The notes beneath the pieces were generated by a model that saw only the letters and a program-made list of their open reading frames with translations, did not search any database and had not been told where the DNA came from. Below, in pieces: positions 39,324-49,013 of a stretch of DNA of 64,000 bases (positions within the stretch are counted from its first letter, which is position 1; each line of letters begins with the position of its first letter). The position numbers were made by a program, and so were the translations under genes. This stretch comes from an uncultured bacterium (GTDB taxonomy: Bacteria; Patescibacteriota; Minisyncoccia; UBA6257; 2-01-FULL-56-20): NCBI GenBank assembly GCA_963707865.1, contig OY970175.1:758028-822027 (forward strand). The letters are read 5' to 3'.

Positions 39324-40268
39324 CTATTTTAGGGAGATAGGGGAGTTATCCACTACTCGGTCTACCCAAAATTCACTGAAGCGTGGTCCGTCCACTTTTG
39401 TTACCACTTTTATCCTCTTTCCAGCACTATCGATCCGTTCTTGAAGCCATCCATTCTTCTCCTCAATAACCAGAGGAATTTCATTTGTCTCCACTCCCTC
39501 GTTCCACCCCAGTGCAATCGCGCAAGTAAGAGGATCGTGCTGAAAGTTTATGATGTCTTTGGGTAGGCTCTCGCACGTTGCGCCATATTTCGTTTCCGTC
39601 TGCTCGTCTACCGCGAACGCCTCGGCTTGCCGCGCAAGTAGCTGCCCCAGCGCCCCGGCTTTTCGCAGTCTTTCTATATGTGCCCTCCTTAGGAAGGTTT
39701 CCGCTGTGACAGAAAGCGGAACGAGCGTCGGGGTGGAATTTTGTAGCACATGCTTCGATGATTTCACGTCAATCTGCACATTGAAATCAAACTCGTTTTT
39801 CCAGTCTGGGAAGCCTGGTCTGACGGGATAAACATATCCTCCCATAAGAAAGAGTTTTGCCCTTTTTAAAATCCCTGGGTACTTATTATCAAGTAGATAT
39901 AAGTTGGTGTATGGTCCAATGCCAATGACGGTTGCGCCTTGCTCAATACTTTTCCTAAGAAGTTCAATCGCTTCTTCTGGTGGGTTCGGGGACGCAGGAA
40001 TGGGCTCCGGCCAATATTTATTTTCTTGAGGGATGCCCAGTTCGGAACGATACGTTATTTGCGAGGTTTCTGCTCCGGCCGCAACCGGGATATCATTTCT
40101 ACCCTCGAGTTTCAGAGCATACCGAGTATAACCAGTCCTTTTCCCGTTCGTGTCACCCGCTATGGTAACTCCGGTGAGTTCGACATCGGGAGATCGGAGT
40201 AAAAAAGCGAGGGCGCAGATATCATCAATGTCTCCGCCAAGATCGGTATCAAGATGGATTCTGGTCAT
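39324..40268 (-). CDS. Nucleoside hydrolase (IU-NH family)
   Basis: HLDTDLGGDIDD, IGPYTNL, LMGG, DFNV..D, HDP. Confidence 0.9.
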   Translation of the reverse strand: MTRIHLDTDLGGDIDDICALAFLLRSPDVELTGVTIAGDTNGKRTGYTRYALKLEGRNDIPVAAGAETSQITYRSELGIPQENKYWPEPIPASPNPPEEAIELLRKSIEQGATVIGIGPYTNLYLLDNKYPGILKRAKLFLMGGYVYPVRPGFPDWKNEFDFNVQIDVKSSKHVLQNSTPTLVPLSVTAETFLRRAHIERLRKAGALGQLLARQAEAFAVDEQTETKYGATCESLPKDIINFQHDPLTCAIALGWNEGVETNEIPLVIEEKNGWLQERIDSAGKRIKVVTKVDGPRFSEFWVDRVVDNSPISLK

Positions 40269-40482
40269 TGTGTAAATTGTAGCAAAACTATCTCCCCGCC
40301 TGTCCGATACTTTTACTGGGCGCTCCGGCGGCTAGAGGACGTGAAAACACTTCTAAATTAAATAATTTTTTCTATCATCATTCTCTTACCCTGTCACCAC
40401 GAGTGGAATGTGTTCGAACAAAAACAAACTCGATACCATCTATCTTGCTCACACAATCTTTCCATCGCATGCCCCTTGAGCT

Positions 40483-40556
40483 TGGAGCGGGTAAGGGGGA
40501 TCGAACCCCTGTCATCAGCTTGGAAAGCTGAGGTAATGCCATTATACGATACCCGC
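40483..40556 (-). tRNA. tRNA-Gly(TCC)
   Basis: GCGGGTA...TCAGC-TTTCCAA-GCTGA...GGTTCGATCC...TACCCGC-T-CCA. Confidence 0.95.
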
Positions 40557-40678
40557 GCGCCGTTTCCGGATGCCTTATCGCGGTACTCACTGCAACTATA
40601 GTGTGCTGGAAACGTAATAATAATGTAGCATTCTGCCTTGTGTTTTTCAATTATTTTCGGTAGAATGCATCTAACAAA

Positions 40679-41272
40679 ATGTGGAGTTCCCGCAAGACCA
40701 AAATTGTTTTGGGCTTTGTCGCCATCGTGGCGATCGGATATGCCGTTGCGAGGTTTGTGCAGGGGAGCGGCGCCGTACCGCAGAGTTTCGTCAATGCGCG
40801 GATACAGGGTGCCATCATTGCGCAGAGCATCGTAAACCTTTCCAACCAGTCCACCGCGACCCTTGAACAAGTGAACGCGATGGACAAAAAACAGGACTAT
40901 GCGAATGCGCTCACGCTTACGACGGGACTCGTTACCCAAAGTCAGGAGATCCGCGACCAGGCAGTGGAACTTTCGGGGCAGATTGAGGAAATGACGAAGG
41001 CGCTCTCCGACATCTCCGACTTCAACGCGCGGCAGGCGGCGCTGGAATCTATCTCTAATCGCCTCGCGCTCATCAACCAGCTCATCAATTATAGCGGCGA
41101 TCTTGACCGGTTGCTCCAGGCGTTGCAGGGTCGGTTTACGGGCAGAGGCGGCACAAGCATCGAGGTGCAGGCGCTTGTGAATCAAATCAACACCGATGTG
41201 AACGCGATCAATAATTTCAACGCGCAGGCAGGCCAAGCAATGGACCGGTTTGATACTATAGTAGGGAAGTAG
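40679..41272 (+). CDS. Membrane-anchored helical/coiled-coil protein
   Basis: N-terminal TM, then Q/N/A-rich amphipathic helices. Confidence 0.7.
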   Translation: MWSSRKTKIVLGFVAIVAIGYAVARFVQGSGAVPQSFVNARIQGAIIAQSIVNLSNQSTATLEQVNAMDKKQDYANALTLTTGLVTQSQEIRDQAVELSGQIEEMTKALSDISDFNARQAALESISNRLALINQLINYSGDLDRLLQALQGRFTGRGGTSIEVQALVNQINTDVNAINNFNAQAGQAMDRFDTIVGK

Positions 41273-41325
41273 CCCAACGCCATTTCTGCATCCACGGCGG
41301 ACGCAGAAGTGGTGCTCTGAGGGAC

Positions 41326-41397
41326 GGGCACGTAGCTCAACGGCAGAGCAGACGTCTTATACACGTCCGGTTCCTGGTTCGAATCCAGGCGTGCCCA
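41326..41397 (+). tRNA. tRNA-Ile(TAT)
   Basis: GGGCACG/CGTGCCC acceptor, A73; anticodon arm GACGT-CTTATAC-ACGTC; T arm CCTGG-TTCGAAT-CCAGG. Confidence 0.92.
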
Positions 41398-41398
41398 C

Positions 41399-41926
41399 AT
41401 GATCATTGTTTTCACGGGGGACGGAAAGGGGAAAACGACGGCGTCGCTTGGCCAGATGATGCGTGTCATGGGGCGTGGGAAGTCGGCGCTTATGATCCAG
41501 TTCATCAAGGGACCATGGATTTCGGGTGAGGATGTATTCAGGAAACTGCTCGGCATCCCGAAAAAAAAATTTGAAATACGGAAAATGGGGCTAGGGTTCG
41601 TGGGGATTCTCGGCGATAAGCTGCCGATTGAAAAGCACAAGGAGGCGGCGCGGAACGCACTCAACGCTTTCATTGAGGAAAAACGATCCGGCACGTGGCA
41701 CCTTATTGTACTCGACGAAGTGAATGTCGCGGTATCGCTCGGACTTCTTGCGGTAGGAGAGGTGCTTGAGGCGATAAAAGATTTTCCAGAAAACAGGATT
41801 TTGATATTGAGCGGGCGAGGGGCGCCGCAAGAATTTATTGATGCCGCCGACCTCGCGACCGAAATGAAAGAAATAAAACACCCGTTCGCGAAGGGCGAGC
41901 GTGCAAAGTTTACGGTAGAATTTTAG
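41399..41926 (+). CDS. cobO: Cob(I)alamin adenosyltransferase (CobA/CobO/BtuR family)
   Basis: FTGDGKGKTTASLG, IQFIKG, VLDEVNVA, LSGRGAP, ADLATEMKEIKHPF. Confidence 0.9.
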   Translation: MIIVFTGDGKGKTTASLGQMMRVMGRGKSALMIQFIKGPWISGEDVFRKLLGIPKKKFEIRKMGLGFVGILGDKLPIEKHKEAARNALNAFIEEKRSGTWHLIVLDEVNVAVSLGLLAVGEVLEAIKDFPENRILILSGRGAPQEFIDAADLATEMKEIKHPFAKGERAKFTVEF

Positions 41927-41949
41927 GCGCAGCGCATGTAAATTTTGAC

Positions 41950-42008
41950 AAAAAAATTCCCCTCCGGCGAACTCGTCTGCGCGCGAGCCGGAAGGGGATT
42001 TTCTTTTC
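41950..42008. terminator. Bidirectional terminator between convergent genes
   Basis: A-run-ttcccctccggc...gccggaagggga-T-run. Confidence 0.65.
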
Positions 42009-42018
42009 TGCAAGTTAG

Positions 42019-42186
42019 TTACATCTTGGCTCCGCCAGCCGGACCACCTTTCTTTTCAAGCGCAGCCCAGAGCGCAAAGACGGCTACAAGAAGTCCTGCA
42101 ATGACCATCCACGTAGCGCCTGTTCCCATATATGCGAACAGGATGATGATGATTCCCAGGAGAACGTTAACCCATTGTTTCCACAT
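42019..42186 (-). CDS. Small two-TM protein (SPW-repeat-like), 55 aa
   Basis: Manual translation MWKQWVNVLLGIIIILFAYMGTGATWMVIAGLLVAVFALWAALEKKGGPAGGAKM; upstream TGgTATAAT; below the ORF-track cutoff. Confidence 0.7.
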   Translation of the reverse strand: MWKQWVNVLLGIIIILFAYMGTGATWMVIAGLLVAVFALWAALEKKGGPAGGAKM

Positions 42187-42242
42187 GATAATTAAGGGAG
42201 AGCGATTATTTTCGGCCTTTATGAGTATTATACCAAATAGGG

Positions 42243-44072
42243 CTACGCGCTGATTGGCTTGATCTTGAACGGCTTCAAAAGATTGCGGAATTCATCCTGC
42301 TCCAGAGTTTCCTTTTGCATAAGCGTCTCCGCGATCTTTTTGAGCGCCGCCTTGTGTGCCTTGAGGATTTTCTCTGCCGTTGCGTATGCGTGCGAGATGA
42401 AGCTGTGCACCTGCGCGTCAATTTCCGCCGCCACCTTTTCGGAATAATTTTTTTCGGTGGCGATTTCGCGGCCAAGGAAGATGAGCTCTTCGGCTTTGCC
42501 GAAGGTCATGGGCCCGAGCTCGCTCATGCCGTATTTTGTGACGAGCCGGCGCGCGAGGTCGGAGGCCTCCCTAAGGTCGTTGGAGGCGCCCGTGGAGACG
42601 TCGCCGAATGTGAGCTTCTCCGACGCAAATCCGCCCATCATCATGGCAAGATCGGCGAGGAATTGAGTGCGCGTCTTCAGGTGTTGGTCCTCGGTGGGGA
42701 GCTTCATCGTATAACCGCCTGCAAACCCGCGGCTTATGATAGAAACCTTTTGCACCGGGTCGGCGTTTTTCATCGCGGCCGCGACGAGCGCATGGCCGCC
42801 TTCGTGATACGCAGTGATCGCCTTCTCTTTCTGGGAGATTACGCGGCTTTTCCGTTCGGGGCCGAGGATCACCTTTTCGGCGGCTTCAAAAAATTCCGCT
42901 TGCCCGATAAGTTTCTTGTTCAGCCGCGCGGCACTGATTGCCGCCTCGTTCATGAGATTCGCAAGATCGGCGCCCGAGAATCCCGGCGTGCGGATGGCGA
43001 CCTTGCGGAGGTCAACGTTCTTTTCCAGCACTTTTCCTTCCGAGTGGATCTTCAAGATCGCCTCGCGGTCATTGAGATCGGGAAGATCAAGGATAACGCG
43101 GCGGTCAAAGCGGCCGGGCCGAAGCAGTGCCGGGTCAAGGATGTCGGGGCGGTTTGTGGCGGCGAGGACGATCACCCTCGTATCGCGGTCAAACCCATCC
43201 ATTTCAACAAGAATTTGATTGAGCGTTTGTTCGCGCTCGTCGTTTCCGCCGCCGAGGCCCGCGCCGCGCTGCCGGCCGACGGCGTCAATCTCGTCAACGA
43301 ACAGGATTGCCGGCGCGGCACGTTTCGCAGTCATAAACGCATCCCGCGTGCGGCTGGCGCCCACGCCCACAAACATTTCCACGAATTCCGATGCGGAAAT
43401 GTAGAAAAACGGCACCCCGCTTTCGCCCGCAACGGCACGCGCCACCAGTGTTTTTCCGGTTCCCGGCGGCCCCATGAGCAATATTCCGCGGGGGATCCGC
43501 GCGCCCAAGTCAAGGAACTTTTTAGGATTTTTTAAGAAATCAACCACTTCAATAAGTTCTTCTTTCGCTTCCTTGAGCCCCGCGACATTTTTAAACATGA
43601 CTTTGTCTTTGAATGTGGAAAGACGAAGGTTGGAGCGTCCGAAGTTGAATGCCTGATTCACCCCCGTACGGGCCTGCCGGAACATGAGCCAGAAAATAAA
43701 GCCGATGACGAGAAGTGGAAGAAGGGTGGGAATCAAAATGCCCGCCCAGAATTGCCAGCCCGACTGGTCCTGAACTTCAAGGTCAACGTTCTGAAGCGCT
43801 TGTGGTGCGACGCCCAAATTTTTGAGGGTCTCCGAGATGCCCGATTCGCTCTCTTTCTTGGAAACGGCAGTGCTGCCGTCTTTGAGAGTTATCGCGAGGT
43901 CGTTGCCGTTCACGATGACCTTCGTGACCTCGCCTGCGTTGATCTTGTCCGCAATCTGGTTCAAGCTCAAAGTCTGTGGCGATGTTCCCGGGCCGACAAA
44001 CAGCGAGAAGAGAAGCGCGATCACGATGAGTGTGAGGATCGCCCAGAGGATGTTTTTAGTAAGATTGGACAT
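42243..44072 (-). CDS. ftsH: ATP-dependent zinc metalloprotease FtsH
   Basis: Two [43 protein letters not shown]. Confidence 0.98.
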   Translation of the reverse strand: MSNLTKNILWAILTLIVIALLFSLFVGPGTSPQTLSLNQIADKINAGEVTKVIVNGNDLAITLKDGSTAVSKKESESGISETLKNLGVAPQALQNVDLEVQDQSGWQFWAGILIPTLLPLLVIGFIFWLMFRQARTGVNQAFNFGRSNLRLSTFKDKVMFKNVAGLKEAKEELIEVVDFLKNPKKFLDLGARIPRGILLMGPPGTGKTLVARAVAGESGVPFFYISASEFVEMFVGVGASRTRDAFMTAKRAAPAILFVDEIDAVGRQRGAGLGGGNDEREQTLNQILVEMDGFDRDTRVIVLAATNRPDILDPALLRPGRFDRRVILDLPDLNDREAILKIHSEGKVLEKNVDLRKVAIRTPGFSGADLANLMNEAAISAARLNKKLIGQAEFFEAAEKVILGPERKSRVISQKEKAITAYHEGGHALVAAAMKNADPVQKVSIISRGFAGGYTMKLPTEDQHLKTRTQFLADLAMMMGGFASEKLTFGDVSTGASNDLREASDLARRLVTKYGMSELGPMTFGKAEELIFLGREIATEKNYSEKVAAEIDAQVHSFISHAYATAEKILKAHKAALKKIAETLMQKETLEQDEFRNLLKPFKIKPISA

Positions 44073-44105
44073 GTGTGAAAATTATAAGAGAATGAGCTGC
44101 GGGGG

Positions 44106-44726
44106 TCAATCTTCCTTGCGGAACGCTTTTGCGACGAACTTCGCGAGGAAATAATCCGCGAGAAGAAAAAGAACGAGACCGATAAAAAATACCAGCTCAA
44201 AGTTGCGGAATATGGCGACGGCGCGAAGCGGCGCGAGACCGGAGACGAGGCCATAAGCAAGCCCGAGGAGGATAGGAAGCCAGATTACGACGGAAAGCAC
44301 CGAATTACGGAAGAATTTTTTGAATCCCATCCTGCTCCACCCTGCGGAAAAGATGACGGGGAATGCCGATGCGTAGAAAAATTTTGATAGCACGATCCAC
44401 CGCTTGCCGTTGTGTTCAAATGCCCCTTCCACTCTCTCGTGCCACGATGGCAGGCGGCGCTTGATCCAGTGGCCGAACTTCGTGTCACGTGTCGCGCGTC
44501 CCAGCGTATACCAAAGGAGGTCACCGGTCATGTCGGCAAGGAAAATCGTGAGGATAAGGAACGGAACGCCCCACATGCCGAAATATCCCTGGAAAACGAT
44601 CCAGAAGCTCGCGAACGCGGAAATGTTCCCGAGGAAAATCGTCGCGATGTAAATAATAAAATAAGCCAAAAAGAGGTTTTGGCTTGCGAGAAGCCCGATA
44701 TCGGCGGCAAGAGTACTCACGCCCAT
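44106..44726 (-). CDS. DedA/VTT family membrane protein
   Basis: GDLLWYTLGR, GKRWIVLSKF, AGWSRMGFKKF. Confidence 0.75.
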   Translation of the reverse strand: MGVSTLAADIGLLASQNLFLAYFIIYIATIFLGNISAFASFWIVFQGYFGMWGVPFLILTIFLADMTGDLLWYTLGRATRDTKFGHWIKRRLPSWHERVEGAFEHNGKRWIVLSKFFYASAFPVIFSAGWSRMGFKKFFRNSVLSVVIWLPILLGLAYGLVSGLAPLRAVAIFRNFELVFFIGLVLFLLADYFLAKFVAKAFRKED

Positions 44727-44772
44727 TGATTATACCATTCCGCCATGGCATAATGGCCACGAAAGAGTTGAT

Positions 44773-44844
44773 GGTGCCTATGGTGTAATGGCAGCACTAG
44801 AATCTGTGGCATTCTCGGTTCGGGTTCGAATCCCGATAGGCACC
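44773..44844 (+). tRNA. tRNA-His(GTG)
   Basis: Encoded G-1, GTGCCTA/TAGGCAC, C73, AGAAT-CTGTGGC-ATTCT. Confidence 0.94.
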
Positions 44845-44920
44845 CGGCGATTTTTATCCTTGTTTTATGCGGTGCGTAGGACATACCCCTAACGGGAAAT
44901 AGAACCTCCGACGATGTAAT

Positions 44921-44955
44921 TTGACAAGCCGATAGTTATGGGCATATGCTCATAA
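44921..44955 (+). promoter_or_regulatory. sigma70 promoter overlapped by a 20-bp palindromic operator
   Basis: TTGACA 44921-44926; TTATGGGCATATGCTCATAA 44936-44955 covers the -10 (TATGCT). Confidence 0.65.
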
Positions 44956-45013
44956 GCGGATAGTGCGTATAAAGGTCGGCACTGTTTCCCAAAATATATT
45001 CTTACTAACAACC

Positions 45014-45265
45014 ATGCCAAGAGGAGACGGAACGGGACCGCAAGGATATGGTCCGGGGACCGGACGGGGATACGGCCACTGCGGCTGGGGAATGGGATGG
45101 CATCATGTGCCTTGCTGGGGATTCTGGCATCACCCGGAGCCCCATCATGCGTATCGAAGGGCATTGACCAAAGAGGAGGAGAGGGAAGCGTTGGCGGACG
45201 AAATGAAAAACCTAGAAGAGGATCTGAAGGCGATCAAAGAGCGCCTTGCCGAACTCGGGTCATAA
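45014..45265 (+). CDS. DUF5320 family protein
   Basis: MPRGDGTGPQGYGPGTGRGYGHCG N-terminus; C-terminal coiled coil EEEREAL...IKERLAEL. Confidence 0.85.
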   Translation: MPRGDGTGPQGYGPGTGRGYGHCGWGMGWHHVPCWGFWHHPEPHHAYRRALTKEEEREALADEMKNLEEDLKAIKERLAELGS

Positions 45266-45273
45266 CGCAGAAC

Positions 45274-45310
45274 GCCGAAAAGGCCGACCCAGCAGATTGG
45301 CCTTTTCGGT
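45274..45310 (+). terminator. Hairpin terminator
   Basis: gccgaaaaggccga...ttggccttttcggt. Confidence 0.6.
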
Positions 45311-45334
45311 CATTCGGTTATAATGATTCATATT

Positions 45335-45616
45335 ATGGCAAGGCCGCATAAACCACGGTGCGTGGACTTTGATCCGAACGTAACGTATTTCAAACCGAGA
45401 GCAATACCGCTCTCCATGCTTGAAGAGGTGGGATTGAATTTGGACGAACTGGAAGCGCTCCGGCTTTGCGACCTCAAAAACTTCGATCAGGCGAAAGCCG
45501 CAAAAAAGATGAGGGTATCCCGCAGCACGCTCCAGCGCATTGTAGCGTCGGCCAGAAGAAAGGTAGCGGAGGCACTTATTGAGGGTAAAGCGATAAGGAT
45601 AGAGAAAAAAGTATAA
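45335..45616 (+). CDS. DUF134 family HTH DNA-binding protein
   Basis: MARPHKPRCV, YFKP, ELEALRLCD, QAKAAKKMRVSRSTLQRIV..ARRKVAEALIEGKAIRI. Confidence 0.9.
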   Translation: MARPHKPRCVDFDPNVTYFKPRAIPLSMLEEVGLNLDELEALRLCDLKNFDQAKAAKKMRVSRSTLQRIVASARRKVAEALIEGKAIRIEKKV

Positions 45617-45738
45617 AAATGATAAATCCAATACTTCTTTCTTTATCTCTGAAGGCGTTGTAATACTCTCCTATGCGACACCTTTCAGTAAACGAGATTC
45701 ACGATGCCTGATTTGAAAAATGTTCTATAATTATCATC

Positions 45739-46293
45739 ATGGACAACTTAGTCCCGAAGAAAATGTTTTTTACAAAGGGTGTTGGTCGCCACAAGGAACA
45801 CCTGCAGTCGTTTGAGATGGCTTTGCGCGACGCGGGCATCGCCGAATATAATCTCGTGCAGGTAAGTTCCATTTTCCCGCCGAACTGCAAAAGGGTATCC
45901 AAGGACGAAGGAAAGAAGATTCTCAATCCTGGTCAGGTCGTGTTCTGCGTGATGGCCAGGAACGCGACGAATGAGCCGAACCGACTTGTCGTTTCGTCGA
46001 TTGGCCTTGCCCAGCCTGCCGATCCCAACCAGTATGGCTATCTTTCGGAGCATCATTCTTTCGGCGAAACCGAGGAGAAGGCGGGGGAATACGCCGAGGA
46101 CTTGGCGGCGACGATGCTCGCCTCAACGCTCGGCTTGGAATTTGACTCAAATGCCGCATGGGACGAACGGGAGCAGGCTTATAAATCATCCGGCAAGATC
46201 TTCAGGACGACGAATATCACTCAGTCGGCGCAGGGGCACAAGGACAGTCTTTGGACGACGGTGGTTGCCGCAGCCATTCTCGTTTTCGAATAA
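45739..46293 (+). CDS. pdaD: Pyruvoyl-dependent arginine decarboxylase
   Basis: [28 protein letters not shown] (Ser-Ser self-cleavage), GYLSEHH, WTTVVAA. Confidence 0.9.
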   Translation: MDNLVPKKMFFTKGVGRHKEHLQSFEMALRDAGIAEYNLVQVSSIFPPNCKRVSKDEGKKILNPGQVVFCVMARNATNEPNRLVVSSIGLAQPADPNQYGYLSEHHSFGETEEKAGEYAEDLAATMLASTLGLEFDSNAAWDEREQAYKSSGKIFRTTNITQSAQGHKDSLWTTVVAAAILVFE

Positions 46294-46321
46294 TTAAAGT
46301 CCTGTGCACGAGCATTTAGCA

Positions 46322-46410
46322 GGCCCCCCTCACAGGAATCGAACCTGCCGCCCTCACCTTTTGCTGGCCATTTCTTCGAAACAGGTTCTGACTTCCTCTG
46401 CCAAGGCACC
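46322..46410 (-). pseudogene. Degenerate tRNA-like element
   Basis: Minus strand GGTGCCTTGGCAGAG... with intact T arm GCAGG-TTCGATT-CCTGT; acceptor and anticodon arms imperfect. Confidence 0.4.
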
Positions 46411-46422
46411 CGGCGAATTGCG

Positions 46423-47316
46423 TCAGCTGTGAAAAAGATTCTTGACCGCTTCGGGGGTCAGGCGAGCGAGTTTGCTCATGAGTTTGCCCGTCGGGTCAAA
46501 AAGATCCATAAACAGGATTTTCAATCTCTCCGCCTCCTTGAAGCGCTTCAACTGCTTTTGGTAAAACGGCGACCGTTCCAATTTTTCATCGAATCCCGGT
46601 TTTCCTGCTTGTGACGGCAATCGGGGGTGGTACAGTTCGTGTGTACTTACGGTTTTTACACCAATTTTTCCTTGTGCAATATCAATATCTCCGAGATCGA
46701 CTTCTGCCCCGCGCGACGCGTAAAGCTTTCTTATCCTTTCAAGGTGGTCTTTATAGCCGACGGTAAGGATGTTTCGCCATTTGTTTCTTTCTGACTCGTT
46801 GAGCACGAATGATACCTCGCCACCTGTATCGCGTGCGCCTTCGTTTGCGTGCTTGGCGCCAAGCATCTCCGCCTCGGCGATCACGCGGATATTAGCTTCT
46901 TCTAAGATCGCGCGTTGGATGTCATTCGTTGCCTCATCACGCATGCCCTTTTTGAATGTCTCCTCGTCAATTCCAAGTTTCTCCATGACTTTTTTCTTCA
47001 GTAGGGTGCTACGCTTGGCTAGCTTTTCGGCGATCCTTCGGCGAAGCAACTCCGCATATAATTCGGAAACTCTCGGCTCACCACTTTTTCGGCCAGTCAC
47101 GCCGCTGATAAGCACGTTGCGGGCAGCAGGGTGATCATCGCAGACAAGATCGCAGACAGAATTAATTTCCATAAGTCCGGTCGTATCCGGTCGTCGTAGC
47201 TTCCCCTCTCCTCTTGTGCCGTATACAACAAGATGAATCGCGTCAAAAGGGATTTCTGACTCACTTTCGGGAGATAAGATTTTCTCTCGCGAGAAACCTT
47301 CCATGCTTATTACCAT
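46423..47316 (-). CDS. Hypothetical protein, possibly YdcF/DUF218-like
   Basis: VLISG, EGARDTGGEV, ILTVGYKDHLERIRKLY resemble YdcF motifs. Confidence 0.55.
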   Translation of the reverse strand: MVISMEGFSREKILSPESESEIPFDAIHLVVYGTRGEGKLRRPDTTGLMEINSVCDLVCDDHPAARNVLISGVTGRKSGEPRVSELYAELLRRRIAEKLAKRSTLLKKKVMEKLGIDEETFKKGMRDEATNDIQRAILEEANIRVIAEAEMLGAKHANEGARDTGGEVSFVLNESERNKWRNILTVGYKDHLERIRKLYASRGAEVDLGDIDIAQGKIGVKTVSTHELYHPRLPSQAGKPGFDEKLERSPFYQKQLKRFKEAERLKILFMDLFDPTGKLMSKLARLTPEAVKNLFHS

Positions 47317-47767
47317 ATCAGAAATTATCCACGCGGCAAAGTGAGGTTGGACATCTCTGGAGAGCCTTAATGGTTCGCGATGCTCTGCGGTCTTACGTCC
47401 GGAATATAGATCGTCATATCGTTTTTCCGGTCAAACACGGGAGCGCGTCATTTTGGACATTCTCGACATTTTCTGCACCTCAAATATTTTCAGCGTCTCT
47501 GTTATAATAGGTTCCCATCTGACTATTTTGCTGTCGCGAGCGCCTCAAGCTGTTTTATCGCAGAGAACTGGGAACGCAGGTTTTCCATATAATCTCTGTC
47601 TTGCAAGATATTTATAATACGTTCATAACTAAGACCCCAAGTTTTTTATTAGCGAGAGGCCGTTCCCTGCCGGCGTATAAGAGATTCTGTGGTATAGTGA
47701 AAATAGCAAAGTAGGAACTGTAATAAGAAGAGCGGGCCCGCGATGTGGAGCGGGGGAGGAGCCAATT

Positions 47768-48061
47768 ATGAATATGGAGTTGAAAGGGAAGCATATCAGA
47801 ACTCCTTTCATTTGGTGCGAAGTGGAAGGAGTGCGATTCGTTGCCATTCCGGATCCCCACCTGCGCTCTGCCGAGGAGCTTTTTGAGGCCGCGAAGGACT
47901 TCAGTGAGCGACTCAAGCAGGGACTCCATTCCATCGATGGAAGCGCCTGCCTCCAGTTTGAGGGTTCGGATGAACTGTTTTTCATGGACGACCTTCCTGA
48001 CGACATCGCTCGCGATGGCGCAGGAGTGTTCCTGCGGCCGATAGCTTCCACGCAGTGTTAG
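47768..48061 (+). CDS. Hypothetical protein
   Basis: SD GGAGGA upstream; terminator 48075-48114 downstream. Confidence 0.6.
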   Translation: MNMELKGKHIRTPFIWCEVEGVRFVAIPDPHLRSAEELFEAAKDFSERLKQGLHSIDGSACLQFEGSDELFFMDDLPDDIARDGAGVFLRPIASTQC

Positions 48062-48074
48062 TGATTTTCCCGAT

Positions 48075-48114
48075 AAAGGACCGTTCGTGGTTTGTAAAAC
48101 ACGGCGGTCCTTTT
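48075..48114 (+). terminator. Intrinsic terminator
   Basis: aaaggaccg...cggtcctttt. Confidence 0.65.
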
Positions 48115-48263
48115 CGAGTATCATCGTGAGTACCAGAAAGTGTCACCGATGTGCCCTTCCGGCACAATGCCTCGACTATTTTCAAAGGATGTGTTACAAT
48201 GTATTTCGGTAATCCGGGCGTGGCAAACGCCATGGCACCAATCCTACCCAACGAGGTGACGCA

Positions 48264-48464
48264 GTGCAGAAGCGATACGCAGAAAAACGACCAGTGGCCT
48301 CCTCTTTGTTCTTTGACGAGGGACCATATTCACGGTTTTTCGCTCCACGAAAACCGCAAACTACGCTTATCGGCAAGCCGGTGAGCAGGAAGCCATCGGG
48401 CAGTGACAGCATAACCTTGTCGCCACAGTCAGGGGGAAATAGGTCCCCCCGTCACACGTCATAA
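48264..48464 (+). CDS. Putative small protein (66 aa)
   Basis: GAGGTG SD before GTG; hairpin 48496-48534 downstream; no recognisable family. Confidence 0.35.
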   Translation: MQKRYAEKRPVASSLFFDEGPYSRFFAPRKPQTTLIGKPVSRKPSGSDSITLSPQSGGNRSPRHTS

Positions 48465-48495
48465 GGCAGTCTTCCACCTGCGCCAGAAAAAACAG

Positions 48496-48534
48496 AAGAG
48501 CCGGGAACGACACACGTGATCGCTCCCGGCTCTT
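48496..48534. terminator. Hairpin terminator
   Basis: aagagccggga...tcccggctctt. Confidence 0.55.
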
Positions 48535-48671
48535 ATGCTATTTACCTACCTTATATTAATCTTGGTTAAATAGGCTCAGACCTGCATTAAAGGGCCTAAA
48601 CCTGAAACAATTTTCATCAAAGGGAAGTACCATACTATGGTAGGCGGTAAAAATGTTACGAGGAGGTTGTC

Positions 48672-49013
48672 GTGTTTGTACACAGAAAAGATATATTGCA
48701 AGGGAAACGCAAGATCAAAGTTCTAACGCCAACCGGGAGTCTTGATGATTGCGAGAGAGGGCTGGTCGCGGCGGTGAAAGAAGCACTAACAGAAAAGAAG
48801 GAGGTTGTTGTAGACCTCACAGATCGAAGACTCCATCCCATGAAAAGTGCCGATGCGCTCATCAGGATCTGGGGGAGATGCTTGGACGCTGGCCAGCTCT
48901 TGAAAATCGTGGCTACGCCGAAAATGGAAGGAACGCTCAAGAAACTGGCAGGGGAAAAACTCCTCGTTTATCCCAACACGGAGGGGGTTCTGCGGAGTTT
49001 TATAGAGTGGTAG
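48672..49013 (+). CDS. STAS-domain-like (anti-sigma factor antagonist-like) protein
   Basis: LTPTGSLD...VVVDLTD...KSADALIRIW...GQLLKIV...LLVYPNTEGVL follows the STAS pattern; SD GAGGAGG. Confidence 0.6.
   Translation: MFVHRKDILQGKRKIKVLTPTGSLDDCERGLVAAVKEALTEKKEVVVDLTDRRLHPMKSADALIRIWGRCLDAGQLLKIVATPKMEGTLKKLAGEKLLVYPNTEGVLRSFIEW

Noticed and set aside
47520-47645. Minus-strand frame YERIINILQDRDYMENLRSQF...
   Set aside because: No upstream start, short and no recognisable family; at most a remnant
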